64,000 bases of DNA from the NCBI GenBank assembly GCA_000002435.2, contig CM018789.1. One strand, 5' to 3'. A program made the translations under genes and the position numbers. This DNA is from Giardia intestinalis (lineage: Eukaryota). Under the pieces are notes generated by a model. The model was not told the origin of the DNA, searched no databases, and worked only from the letters and a program-made list of their open reading frames with translations. This document shows positions 46,942-56,600 of this stretch, piece by piece; position 1 is the first letter of the stretch; each line of letters starts with the position of its first letter.

Positions 46942-47706
46942 ATGCCTCGCCGCATTCCCGACCGCTACAAAACTTATGACGAGCTTATTGCTGCTATCCG
47001 CAAGGCCGGCATCGAATCTATGCAGATGATTGTAGGAATAGACTTTTCGAAGTCCAATGAGTGGACCGGTGAAAAGAGCTATCACTGCTCGCTCCACGAC
47101 GCCAGCCGTGGGGAAACTCCCTATATACGCGCGCTTCGCATCATGTCCCATATTGTGAAGAATTTTGATGATGATGACATCTACCCTGTATACCGCTTCG
47201 GATGCCTCAACACGAAAGATCAATCCGTTCTTCCTCTCTTGTACCCTGAACAGGATGACCCCCACTTCGAAGGTTTTGCTGATGTCTGTCAGGCCTATAA
47301 TAGGATTGCATCGCAGATTGAGATGTCCGGCCCAACAACCTTTGCCCCAATGATCGAACAGGCGATAGAGATTTGCAAGGCAGACCCTAAGCAGTTTTAT
47401 ATCCTCGTCATTTTGACAGATGGAGATGTGTCCGATGTCGAGCTGGACATGAAGGCCCTGATTAAGGCATCAAATTATCCATTGGAGATTATTGCGATTG
47501 GATTTGGCGACGGACCATTTAAAACTATGAAGATTTTTGACGATAAGGCCAGGAATCGCAAGTTCGACAACTTCCAGTTTGTCAATTTCACCGAGATTGA
47601 GAAGAAGTCCGCCAAATGCGAAAACCCGGAATTGATTCTTGCTACAGCCATGATGCAAGAGCTTCCAGATGCATACAAGTGCATTAAGAAGCTCAAGTAC
47701 TTATGA
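46942..47706 (+). CDS. copine-like vWA-domain protein
   Basis: 'VGIDFSKSNEWTG...SLH' matches the copine/BONZAI/RGLG vWA-A signature (IDFTaSNg...SLHy). 254 aa, ATG verified. Confidence 0.55.
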   Translation: MPRRIPDRYKTYDELIAAIRKAGIESMQMIVGIDFSKSNEWTGEKSYHCSLHDASRGETPYIRALRIMSHIVKNFDDDDIYPVYRFGCLNTKDQSVLPLLYPEQDDPHFEGFADVCQAYNRIASQIEMSGPTTFAPMIEQAIEICKADPKQFYILVILTDGDVSDVELDMKALIKASNYPLEIIAIGFGDGPFKTMKIFDDKARNRKFDNFQFVNFTEIEKKSAKCENPELILATAMMQELPDAYKCIKKLKYL

Positions 47707-47729
47707 TTTACCTGTGTCCATGCCACTTG

Positions 47730-47749
47730 CGTTTTACTACGTTTTACTA
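47730..47749. repeat. tandem duplication of CGTTTTACTA, followed by a 7-bp hairpin (ctaaatc/gatttag)
   Basis: Seen directly in the 140-bp convergent intergenic region. The hairpin spans 47747-47766. Confidence 0.5.
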
Positions 47750-47846
47750 AATCGTCTTTGATTTAGGGCATCATGTACTATCTCGCATTAGCTACATAGG
47801 CTCTATACTCTGTTACTGTTTAGGCTGTGCGTACGTATGTGCATGG

Positions 47847-50800
47847 CTATTTTCTTGCTGAGCTCGCAGATCTCACAGCAGAACTACTCCGACACCTATT
47901 TGCTTGCCTGGTGGTCGCAGAACCAGATAGACTAGAGCTTGAGGCCGGCCGTACATGGCTTCTACTGTATTGCTTAACGTATGAGCTCCTTCTCCCGTCT
48001 GTTTCACGGCAAGGTTGTTCCATCGTGGAGCTACACTTGGTGCTTGACAAAGCAGACAGCCGCATATCTTTCTCACTTTCCGTTACTCTATTGGACCTTG
48101 CCCTATATGCAGACTCCTTTCGCAGATTGTCCAGAGTAGCGTGGTTTTTGAGAAGAGGTTGCGAGCTCCTAGGTATGCTTTGATTGTTTGGATTTGCAAC
48201 CTCTTTTATTGTGGTGGTTGGGTTAGAAGAAGGAAGAGGCGAGGCATCTGCTAAGCTAGTAAATAGTACAGGGCTCTGATATATTGTATCCTTGTTCTGC
48301 TCCTTTGCTGTAACGGATTCTTTATCCAAAGATTGCCTCTGGCTGATGTGTGAGACATCCCGCGAAAAGGACATCGTGGACGAGCTTTGCAGCCCAGAAG
48401 TATTAGGGGTTGTAGTCTGATGCATGAGCGCGTTGAGTGCTCTATCATTTGCCTGCTTTTCAAAAGCTCGACGAGCCATAGCTGCACTAATGCTGACCGA
48501 AAGAGTTTTGTGATCACTAAGAAGTTGGTTATACCGAATCACTGAATTATCAGTAGTTTTAGGACGGGATGACTGTTTGTTTAGGGGAAGAGATTGCGAA
48601 ACTTGACGGTACCCATGTTGTGGAGATGAGGCTTCGTTGTTAGTATGCGCTGTCGAATGTGTTTCTGTTCTTTGCTCGTCCTCATCTGCATACAAAGGAA
48701 AGGCACCTGTGATGGACGGATAGTTGAACATGGTTGAAGTCTTGTTGACCGGACGAGTTTTGCTATGCCGTCGATGTGGAGCACCGTGGGCAGAAGCAGA
48801 TAGGGAACGCTGTGACTGTTGCGTCGTCACATCCAGAGCAGTCTTTTTGTTGTAGCTACCATAGAGAATGTCTCCCGTGCTTACTAGTGCAAGCTGTGTT
48901 CGTCCATCAGGAGCTCTGCGCTTCAAAAGGACAGTCTCTTTATAGTTAGAGGTACGCACAGCGCTGTTGGATAGATAATCAGGATCGGCTCCATCTATGT
49001 CTAGATCTTCCAATACCATATCTGCATTAACAGATGAGTGAAGCTGGGCGCTTGGATGTAACTCTAAAGATGCTTGAGGCTCCAGGCTATGAGCTATCAT
49101 CTGGGTAGTTGAATTGGACACCGGCGGACCGTACCGTGAGCTTGAACAAGAGGGTGAACCTGACCTGCATCTTTTTGTATTGTAGGTAGCACCAGAAGAC
49201 GCAGATGCCGAATTACTGCGTGTTTTACGTGCAGATCTTTTCTTGGATGCTTCCTGCTTCTTGTTGATGGATTCAGAAACCGTGGTTGTGTTGCGCTTAG
49301 AGAAGATATGATGCTGAAGGTCTATCTCTTGATAGTTTAGCCCGCCGATATACATTTCTAACGTGGCACTAGAACTAGGGAAAGCTGTGTTGCCAAGAAG
49401 CTGGATAAATTCATTTGGTTGAGAGCAGACATGCACATCTTTCCTGTGTAGCTCTATGGATGGAAGCGTGTGCATGCTACTGAATGTCCCGTTGACAGAT
49501 TGATTTCTGCTGATGCTTGGATCGTGAGAAGAAGAATTCACCAACTTATCATCAGACAACGTCCGTAGATCATAATGCGTACTGCTTTCGGCCGAGTTGA
49601 TGGTGGGGATGTCCAGTCCCCTGAGCATTTCTGCAATATTCGGAGATTCTGGCTGGTTTGCTTTTTCTACAGAAGACCGAGCCTCTCTGGAGTACAGCGG
49701 CATTGTGGCAATATCGGTCAGGTGACGTGTTATTGTGTCACGCTTATGATCTATAAAACGTGGGTTTGTGTGGGGCTGAATTAGTCGCCGGGCAGCCAAT
49801 ATGTCAGTTGTGTTTATGTCGTGTGTGGGCGCTAACATAAGGTTATCGTCACGAGAATGAAACGTGGCAGAACGTGATCGCTTTACGGAGGAGCTCTTTG
49901 GGGCGGTAAGTCTATCTAAAATTCTCGCAGAAGAGCTACTCTGTGAACGGCGACTTTGGGCTCTGTCAAGTACTTGCACCCCCGTCTGTGTTCCGAAAGA
50001 CAATGGATGATCAAGTGAGCTTCTTGCATCAGACACCTCAGTGACGCTTCTATAGCTCCCTGTCTCTGTGTAAGCATCCTTCAGCTCCGTAGTGCCAATT
50101 TTAGCATTGCGGGTGCGTCCAAAATAATTTGAACGTTTTATTGCAATAGAACTAGTATCATGGTGAGGCTTTTCGATATTTGCAGTGAGGGGAGTTGTAT
50201 TAATTGACTGCTCTGTTGTTGAGCGCGGTTGTATCCCAACTGTTCTACGGGAGTGCCGGGTTGAGGTTGATGCTGATGTTGCCCTTGCGTTGCCTTGCTG
50301 AGAGGGCACCAATCCTAGTGTAACGCTTGGTGCCTGAAGGCGCATAAGAGCCACATTGTACTTACTACGAGCTTGCGACTGGATGTAGCTACTTGCCATG
50401 CTCAGGGCCAGAGACGACGTAGGAAGGACCGCACTGACTGCCAGCGCCTTAGATGCATATGTTGACTGATAGGGCGTGAGGCTTACATCAGGCCGCAAAC
50501 TTGAACTTGTACTATTTGCTGCTGACCGTATACTATTATGCGTTAATCTGTTGGATTGTGTGCTAAATCCTCTTGCAATAGGCTTTTCACCGTGGATTGT
50601 CCTAAATACATGTTTAGAATGTGAAATATCTCCCGAACTCAAAGGACGCCTTCTTGCTGCGTTGAACCTAGTCCTGTCAGCTAAGCCATTGCTAGTAGCT
50701 ACTGTGTCTTGGTCTGTAAGTAGAGATGTGGGGTTCCTAAGCTGCTTACTAAAGGCTGGACCTTGATGGATTGCAGAGTATTTTTGTGTTACTATGGTAT

Positions 50801-52649
50801 GGGCTGCAGCTTTTGACTGAGATGCTGATAACACGTCACTAGATCTTGATGGACGTGCACTGTATGCACGTCTAGAGGATGAGCTGCGCGAAGACAAGGA
50901 TAGCGGCGGCCGTAAACCAGGTTTGTTGTCAACCAGAGACTGAACATTTAAAAGAGGCTTACTAGCAGACATACGGCGAGTCTTCTGGCTTGCCAGACTT
51001 TCTTCTGCACTTCGTGATCTAGAGGGAATCTGGTCAGGTTTAGTACCTGCATTTTGACTACGCATAGTTTCTGATTCATGGATTCTTTTCTGGACTAATG
51101 GTGGCTGTCGTAGTTCGTCTATAGTAAGCCTATTATCTCTTAGGTCCTTGACAGGGGTGGTGATGGTATCTGTTACGGTGTCCGTCTGTGTGCTAAGATC
51201 TGGTGTTAATAAGATATTGTGCTGAAATATGTGAGGGTCATCTGGATTTTGTGTTTTGTCAGCCGTTAAAAGGGCCTCAGCACCACTGCTTCCAGCTAAT
51301 CTTAGACTGCGCTGCCGAAGCTCTCGATCAGTAGCCTGGCTGCCATCGCGCTGTTGTGTGGCTACAGACGAAGCATTGGCTGAGCTAACCCGTCGCAAGG
51401 TATACTTCTTCTTGGACGCATGCGGATCAGAGTCTATAAAGAAGCCTATGGAGGACGAGGGAACTGGCTGCACAGGCCTCAAAGTTGATATGTATTGATC
51501 TTTTAATTCATGTGGGTTTGCAGTAAGCACCGGGATTCCATCTGGAAGTGTATCATCAGAGGAGGGAGGCGGTGGTAAGGATGGCGGCTCCGAAGCCTTC
51601 CACTTCTTTCGCATCGGCTTGAAGTGGGTAGGGTGCACAGCATAGATATGATTCAGATCATTATTAGACAACATATCTATGGTAGAGCTATAGATTGCGT
51701 TTGATTGCAGCTTGTGCAAAACTACATCCACCTCCTTCATAAATGCCGGATGGCTAGGCTTGGAATATTGTGGCTGTGAGGCACTCGTGCTGCGCTTGAT
51801 CTTCTGAGGATTGCGTCCTACAGCGGGGGCGTGCAGAGCTCGCTGTTGAGCTGCTACAAATGCCATGGCTTTACCGCTCGCTTGAACCTGAAAAGACCGA
51901 GATGATTGATGCTTTTCATCGCTGAGAATCTCGTTATCAAGAATTGCTGTGCCTTTGGCTTCGTTTGCTGGCTGCGTCGATTCACCTACACGATAACAAA
52001 TAGGAGATATCATGGCAGAAATAACTTGTTGATGATCAGTGTTGAGGCTTCCTTTTTCACTGTTAAGTGCGTGAGGAGTAGAAGTAAAATTTGGCGTGTG
52101 GTAGTCCCCAGCACTACTTACGCTACCTAAATTCTGATGAAGAGGATAAGTATTTAAACTAGACGAGGATGGACGAGAGCGATGAGCTGATGAAACTGTT
52201 GGTTTTACTAAGTCATCACTCGGTCCATTTATGTTCCTAGTGCCGTGCAAGACACTGTTTTCGTGTTGTGGAGCTAAAATTCCCTGGGGCTTAGAATGGT
52301 GTATAGTAGAGGATAGTCGCGACTTAGTACCGTTCAGAGTAAAGAGCATAGGTGTTTTTGGAGTCGTGTCTCCTCCCAGAGTTTCAGAGATCGGAGAGAA
52401 TTCTATCTGAAAACTCCGTGGCCTGACAGGGTTGAGGAGGAGTGTCTGCTGCATAGATCCACTGAACCGCTGATGACTTTGACCTTGTCCTTGCATAGCA
52501 GATGGGCTCACCCAGCCAGCTGATTGCTCTAACCGACTGATCCGTGCACTCTGGGGACCGCTCTGTTGCAGCGCAGATGAGCTCTGATCAACAACACTTG
52601 TCGCTGGAGCCTTTGTCGAGAGCACCCACTTGCAGGAACTACCTCGCAT
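47847..52649 (-). CDS. very large Ser/Thr/Pro-rich hypothetical protein
   Basis: The track start (52670) is GTG; first ATG at 52649. About 1600 aa of low-complexity sequence without TM helices or recognised domains. Confidence 0.55.
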   Translation of the reverse strand: MRGSSCKWVLSTKAPATSVVDQSSSALQQSGPQSARISRLEQSAGWVSPSAMQGQGQSHQRFSGSMQQTLLLNPVRPRSFQIEFSPISETLGGDTTPKTPMLFTLNGTKSRLSSTIHHSKPQGILAPQHENSVLHGTRNINGPSDDLVKPTVSSAHRSRPSSSSLNTYPLHQNLGSVSSAGDYHTPNFTSTPHALNSEKGSLNTDHQQVISAMISPICYRVGESTQPANEAKGTAILDNEILSDEKHQSSRSFQVQASGKAMAFVAAQQRALHAPAVGRNPQKIKRSTSASQPQYSKPSHPAFMKEVDVVLHKLQSNAIYSSTIDMLSNNDLNHIYAVHPTHFKPMRKKWKASEPPSLPPPPSSDDTLPDGIPVLTANPHELKDQYISTLRPVQPVPSSSIGFFIDSDPHASKKKYTLRRVSSANASSVATQQRDGSQATDRELRQRSLRLAGSSGAEALLTADKTQNPDDPHIFQHNILLTPDLSTQTDTVTDTITTPVKDLRDNRLTIDELRQPPLVQKRIHESETMRSQNAGTKPDQIPSRSRSAEESLASQKTRRMSASKPLLNVQSLVDNKPGLRPPLSLSSRSSSSRRAYSARPSRSSDVLSASQSKAAAHTIVTQKYSAIHQGPAFSKQLRNPTSLLTDQDTVATSNGLADRTRFNAARRRPLSSGDISHSKHVFRTIHGEKPIARGFSTQSNRLTHNSIRSAANSTSSSLRPDVSLTPYQSTYASKALAVSAVLPTSSLALSMASSYIQSQARSKYNVALMRLQAPSVTLGLVPSQQGNARATSASTSTRHSRRTVGIQPRSTTEQSINTTPLTANIEKPHHDTSSIAIKRSNYFGRTRNAKIGTTELKDAYTETGSYRSVTEVSDARSSLDHPLSFGTQTGVQVLDRAQSRRSQSSSSARILDRLTAPKSSSVKRSRSATFHSRDDNLMLAPTHDINTTDILAARRLIQPHTNPRFIDHKRDTITRHLTDIATMPLYSREARSSVEKANQPESPNIAEMLRGLDIPTINSAESSTHYDLRTLSDDKLVNSSSHDPSISRNQSVNGTFSSMHTLPSIELHRKDVHVCSQPNEFIQLLGNTAFPSSSATLEMYIGGLNYQEIDLQHHIFSKRNTTTVSESINKKQEASKKRSARKTRSNSASASSGATYNTKRCRSGSPSCSSSRYGPPVSNSTTQMIAHSLEPQASLELHPSAQLHSSVNADMVLEDLDIDGADPDYLSNSAVRTSNYKETVLLKRRAPDGRTQLALVSTGDILYGSYNKKTALDVTTQQSQRSLSASAHGAPHRRHSKTRPVNKTSTMFNYPSITGAFPLYADEDEQRTETHSTAHTNNEASSPQHGYRQVSQSLPLNKQSSRPKTTDNSVIRYNQLLSDHKTLSVSISAAMARRAFEKQANDRALNALMHQTTTPNTSGLQSSSTMSFSRDVSHISQRQSLDKESVTAKEQNKDTIYQSPVLFTSLADASPLPSSNPTTTIKEVANPNNQSIPRSSQPLLKNHATLDNLRKESAYRARSNRVTESEKDMRLSALSSTKCSSTMEQPCRETDGRRSSYVKQYSRSHVRPASSSSLSGSATTRQANRCRSSSAVRSASSARK

Positions 52650-52701
52650 ATGCAGCCAGGCAATGGCCACGTCTGCTCAATTTGATCTTTCCAAAACGAA
52701 A

Positions 52702-53676
52702 ATGCACAATATAAAGGATCCCACTGCATCCGCAGAAGGCGTGGAAGAGGTCCGTGCTCTTGAAGATGCGTGTTTACTCTTAAGGAGGAAAGGTGATATG
52801 AGCAATGAAGCAGCCACTCAGGTCTTGAACCTGCTTGCTAAGATCCCGCTGTCATACACGTTTTGGAATTACCGTCGCGACTTTCTCTCCTCCCATCAAT
52901 CTGCAGATAATGAACTTACCCTTCTAGTTCGAGAGCACCATATAACAGCAAAGGCCTTGGAGAAGAATCCAAAGATCTACCCTGTGTGGGAGCACCGGGC
53001 GTTTGTTTTCCACAGACTACTTGCGCTTGCAGACGACCCCGAGATGGTAGAAAAACTTAAGAAAGAGGAGCATTATTTTATTGCAGCGAAGCTGAGCGAA
53101 GATCCGAGAAACTTTCATGTCTGGAATTATCAGCGAAACCTCTTTGACCGCGTGGATCTTTCCTTTCTGTATGCACTTCTCAACAAGGACTGCTCTAATC
53201 ATAGTGCTCTTCATCAGCTGGCTCTTGAGCTTCACAAGATGCGCTCGGAAGCATCTGATGCTGGCAACACCATGTTTGACCATGAAGTGCAGAGGTGCCT
53301 CGACTTCTTGCGACTCTCGCTATTACTTGATCCCAATTCGGAATCATTGTGGCAGTTCTTGATAAAGATGGTTGACATACTCCCTCCAGAGGTGCTGCAA
53401 GAGCTCGTTGAGTATGTCATTTTATCCCTTGAACAGGATGGGTGTTCATTTCTCCCTCCCCATAAGCAATTGGATGCACCTTCTGCAAATCAGATCAAGG
53501 ATGTGTACATCAGACCGCCAGCATCATACCTTCTTCTGGCGTCGGAAGACCACATCAAGGGGGACATAGATAAGTGCAAAGCTTATGCAGAGTATTGCCT
53601 CTTTCACGATACCTTCAGGAAGGAAATGTATAATATGCTGCTTCAAACAATCGTCCACAATTCTGGGCAGTCATGA
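52702..53676 (+). CDS. protein prenyltransferase alpha subunit (farnesyl/geranylgeranyl-transferase alpha-like)
   Basis: Repeated PFTA motifs 'YTFWNYRRDFL', 'KIYPVWEHRAFVF', 'NFHVWNYQRNLF'. The start is ambiguous: ATG 52663, or more likely 52702 in the 'ccaaaacgaaaATG' context. Confidence 0.7.
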   Translation: MHNIKDPTASAEGVEEVRALEDACLLLRRKGDMSNEAATQVLNLLAKIPLSYTFWNYRRDFLSSHQSADNELTLLVREHHITAKALEKNPKIYPVWEHRAFVFHRLLALADDPEMVEKLKKEEHYFIAAKLSEDPRNFHVWNYQRNLFDRVDLSFLYALLNKDCSNHSALHQLALELHKMRSEASDAGNTMFDHEVQRCLDFLRLSLLLDPNSESLWQFLIKMVDILPPEVLQELVEYVILSLEQDGCSFLPPHKQLDAPSANQIKDVYIRPPASYLLLASEDHIKGDIDKCKAYAEYCLFHDTFRKEMYNMLLQTIVHNSGQS

Positions 53677-56600
53677 CCATGTAAAGCTAGACAATGCATC
53701 GAACTTAGCACGCAAAGCTTTGTAATCTAGTCGCGTCTTTATTCTCGCATAGAAGAGCTCACAATCGCTACTGGAGCACGGAATAAGTCCGTCCTCGATG
53801 TCCCCGGTGTGCGAGCTTATTTCTCCTGTGCAAAACATGCATTCCACAGCTACTGTGCGATATCGATGTTCTGCCAAGAGTAGCTCTCTCTGCAGACGGC
53901 TATATAGGGATAATCTATTAACAAGAAGGCATGGTTTGCAGAGCATTACATCTTCATATAGCTTTCCATCGGTTATTCGTACGTTACAATACATGCATTT
54001 GGCAACTTTCTTACCAGCTATCATGCCCATTATACCGGTCTGTTTCGGCATCTTTGTTGCTTTAGCAGACTTTGATGATCCACCTGAAGTGTCGGGCTTC
54101 CCCATTGAAGATCCAACGTCTCCGCGCGAAAATACAATGGAGGGACCCACGCAGTGCTTTCCCTTGAACAACTGATCAGCAGCTTCGGCCTCAGAAGAAC
54201 ACTTCAAGACATCTTTTAGGAGTCTGCATACGGGCTTTTCCAGCTGTTGGTGTAAATAGTAGTCTGTGTCGATAGGCAGGTTATTGCTTATTGCATATGC
54301 GGGGTCTTCTGAGCGCTCATAGAGCTTGCATGCTTTGTCTTTGAGGGTCACAACATACGGAACTCGGTCTCCGACCTTGGGTGCAGTCATAGGATCGCGT
54401 TCCATCATCCTCATCGCGAGGTTCACGTGTGTTTGCTGCTTGTTTGTGTAAGAGCTAACTGACTGGGTCAGGGCCTTGCTTATAACAAGAAGCGAAAGGT
54501 CAATGCGCTGGGATATGAGGTCGTGCACAACAGACTTAACATAGCTGATCGCTTTCTGTGGGTCGGAGTAGTTGAAAAGGACGTCCAGGATCTTTTCCAT
54601 TACTATTACCACCAGCCGGCAGTTATCTCGTCGAACCAGCTCCAGACCCTTAGAGTCAATTTTATCTGGTTTGAACGGATTTGTCCAATACTGACCTGCA
54701 TAGCGCTTCTTGTTTAGTAATAGATATGGACAATATACCTTTTCGAACTCTAAATTGATTGGCCTAATGAAGCTTTGGGTGACATAGGTCGATGCATACT
54801 TAGCGAGCATCATTGCTTCCATTAGATTGTCAACCCCAAACTTAACCATTACAGAGTCAGTATCACCATATATAACGACTGAATCGTGCACAACGCGATA
54901 GTACATTCTGGTTCGCTCTGCATTGAAGCTTACATTGTGGTGCTTTGGACAAAAAATTCGCCCATCTGGGGCCAAGAGAGGCGGGCTGAGGGAGAGAGGA
55001 GAAGAAACAGGATGAAGCTTCTGTTGTAGCGATAATGGCATGAGACCAGCAGGTGGGGAAGCAGACCTCTCATCCTGGCTCGGTTCTGTTTCAGAAGCCA
55101 TTCTCATTTGGTCGACAGACGCATCACAATACGAGAGACACTTTTTCACGAAAGCATCAGTCGCGTAAATACTGTCTGTAATATCTATTTCAATAACTGG
55201 CTGCTTTCTGTGAAATCGCTCCTCAACTACGTTTTTGGTATGGTTAATCATTTCACGCCCGAAGGCTGTGATAGACGAGGAGATCTCCTGGGATGGAAGT
55301 TTCCCAAAGCTCAATGCGCCAGTGAACCCATAGAGAGAGTTTGCGATTAGCTTGAGAGCTAATTGTCTTCCATTTAGAACGTCCTTCGCAAGGGGATCAA
55401 CTGCCTTCTTCATGTCCTGCTTGGCTCTTTTGCGTGCATCTAGGAGAACCTGCAGAATCTTGGGGAGTATCCCTGGAAATACGGTCTTCTTCAAGAACCG
55501 GGCCTTAATGGGCGTAACTGTGATGAGCTCGTTGCTAGTACTGAGACAGAGGGTGGCAGTCTCCTTCTGTGCAGACGAGGGTTTGGCTGCGAGGTGTCTC
55601 GGGGAATCATCGCTGTCGTCAGAGTCGTCACTATCATTGGTCTCATCAATAGTAGCGGAAACAGAAGCGCCTTCTAATCTAAGTAACGAGGATAGCTGCT
55701 GCTTATAGAGCGACGCAGCTTCACTGGATAGCTCTTTACCTTGTGAGTTAGCATAGGTTTGTACAAGAAAATCCATGTCTGGAGCGTCAGAGATCATCGT
55801 ACTATAACACAAGTTATGTGCTATAATGATTGTGGGATATAGACTATTAAAATCTAAGGTTGCAATAGGCTGCTTGTCCGAATAGAAACCTCGCTTAGGA
55901 TTAAGGACAGTGGCGCCTTCAAGACTTTCGGAGTCACCGCTAAATCCACCAGTGTACCCACCACCAGTACGTATGCGATAAGGAATCAAATATGATTCTG
56001 CGGCCGAAAACCTATACAGAAGAGACAAGATCCGTATCTGTTGCCCAGAGTATAGAAGAAGACTGCCGCACAGCCCTGAAACACGGCATAGCTCAATGGT
56101 GTTCACCAGTATCATCAACTTCTCCATAAGCTTAAGCGGTAGCTTGCAATCCTTAATACAATATAGAGTGATTCTGCGACGGCCGTACTCATCTTGCATA
56201 AATAATGGTGTAATCATGCTATAGTGCACATCGTCCTTCTGCTCATTCAGAAAGCGTGCGCAAACAGAGTTGAGGGTGTACGACCGAAGCTTGTAGTCAT
56301 GAATTATATTAGGCAAGATATCCATCGATATTCGCCCAGGACACTCAATCTCATATGTGTCACGTTTTCCTAGCTGTTTGCTTTGGAGGTGCGAGACAGC
56401 TATGGTCATGGGAGACGACAAAGCTCTGGGAAGTGTAGACGCATAAGCAGAGGATCCCTTTCTGACCATCCTACTGAGTAGCTGATCCGTTCCCATAGAC
56501 CCTGGCAACGACTGCACCAGCACCTGGCTAACCTCCGCGCGCTTGAAGATGTAGCTGAAATCGAAGCCATCGATGTTATATCCTGTGAAAAGATCCGGAT

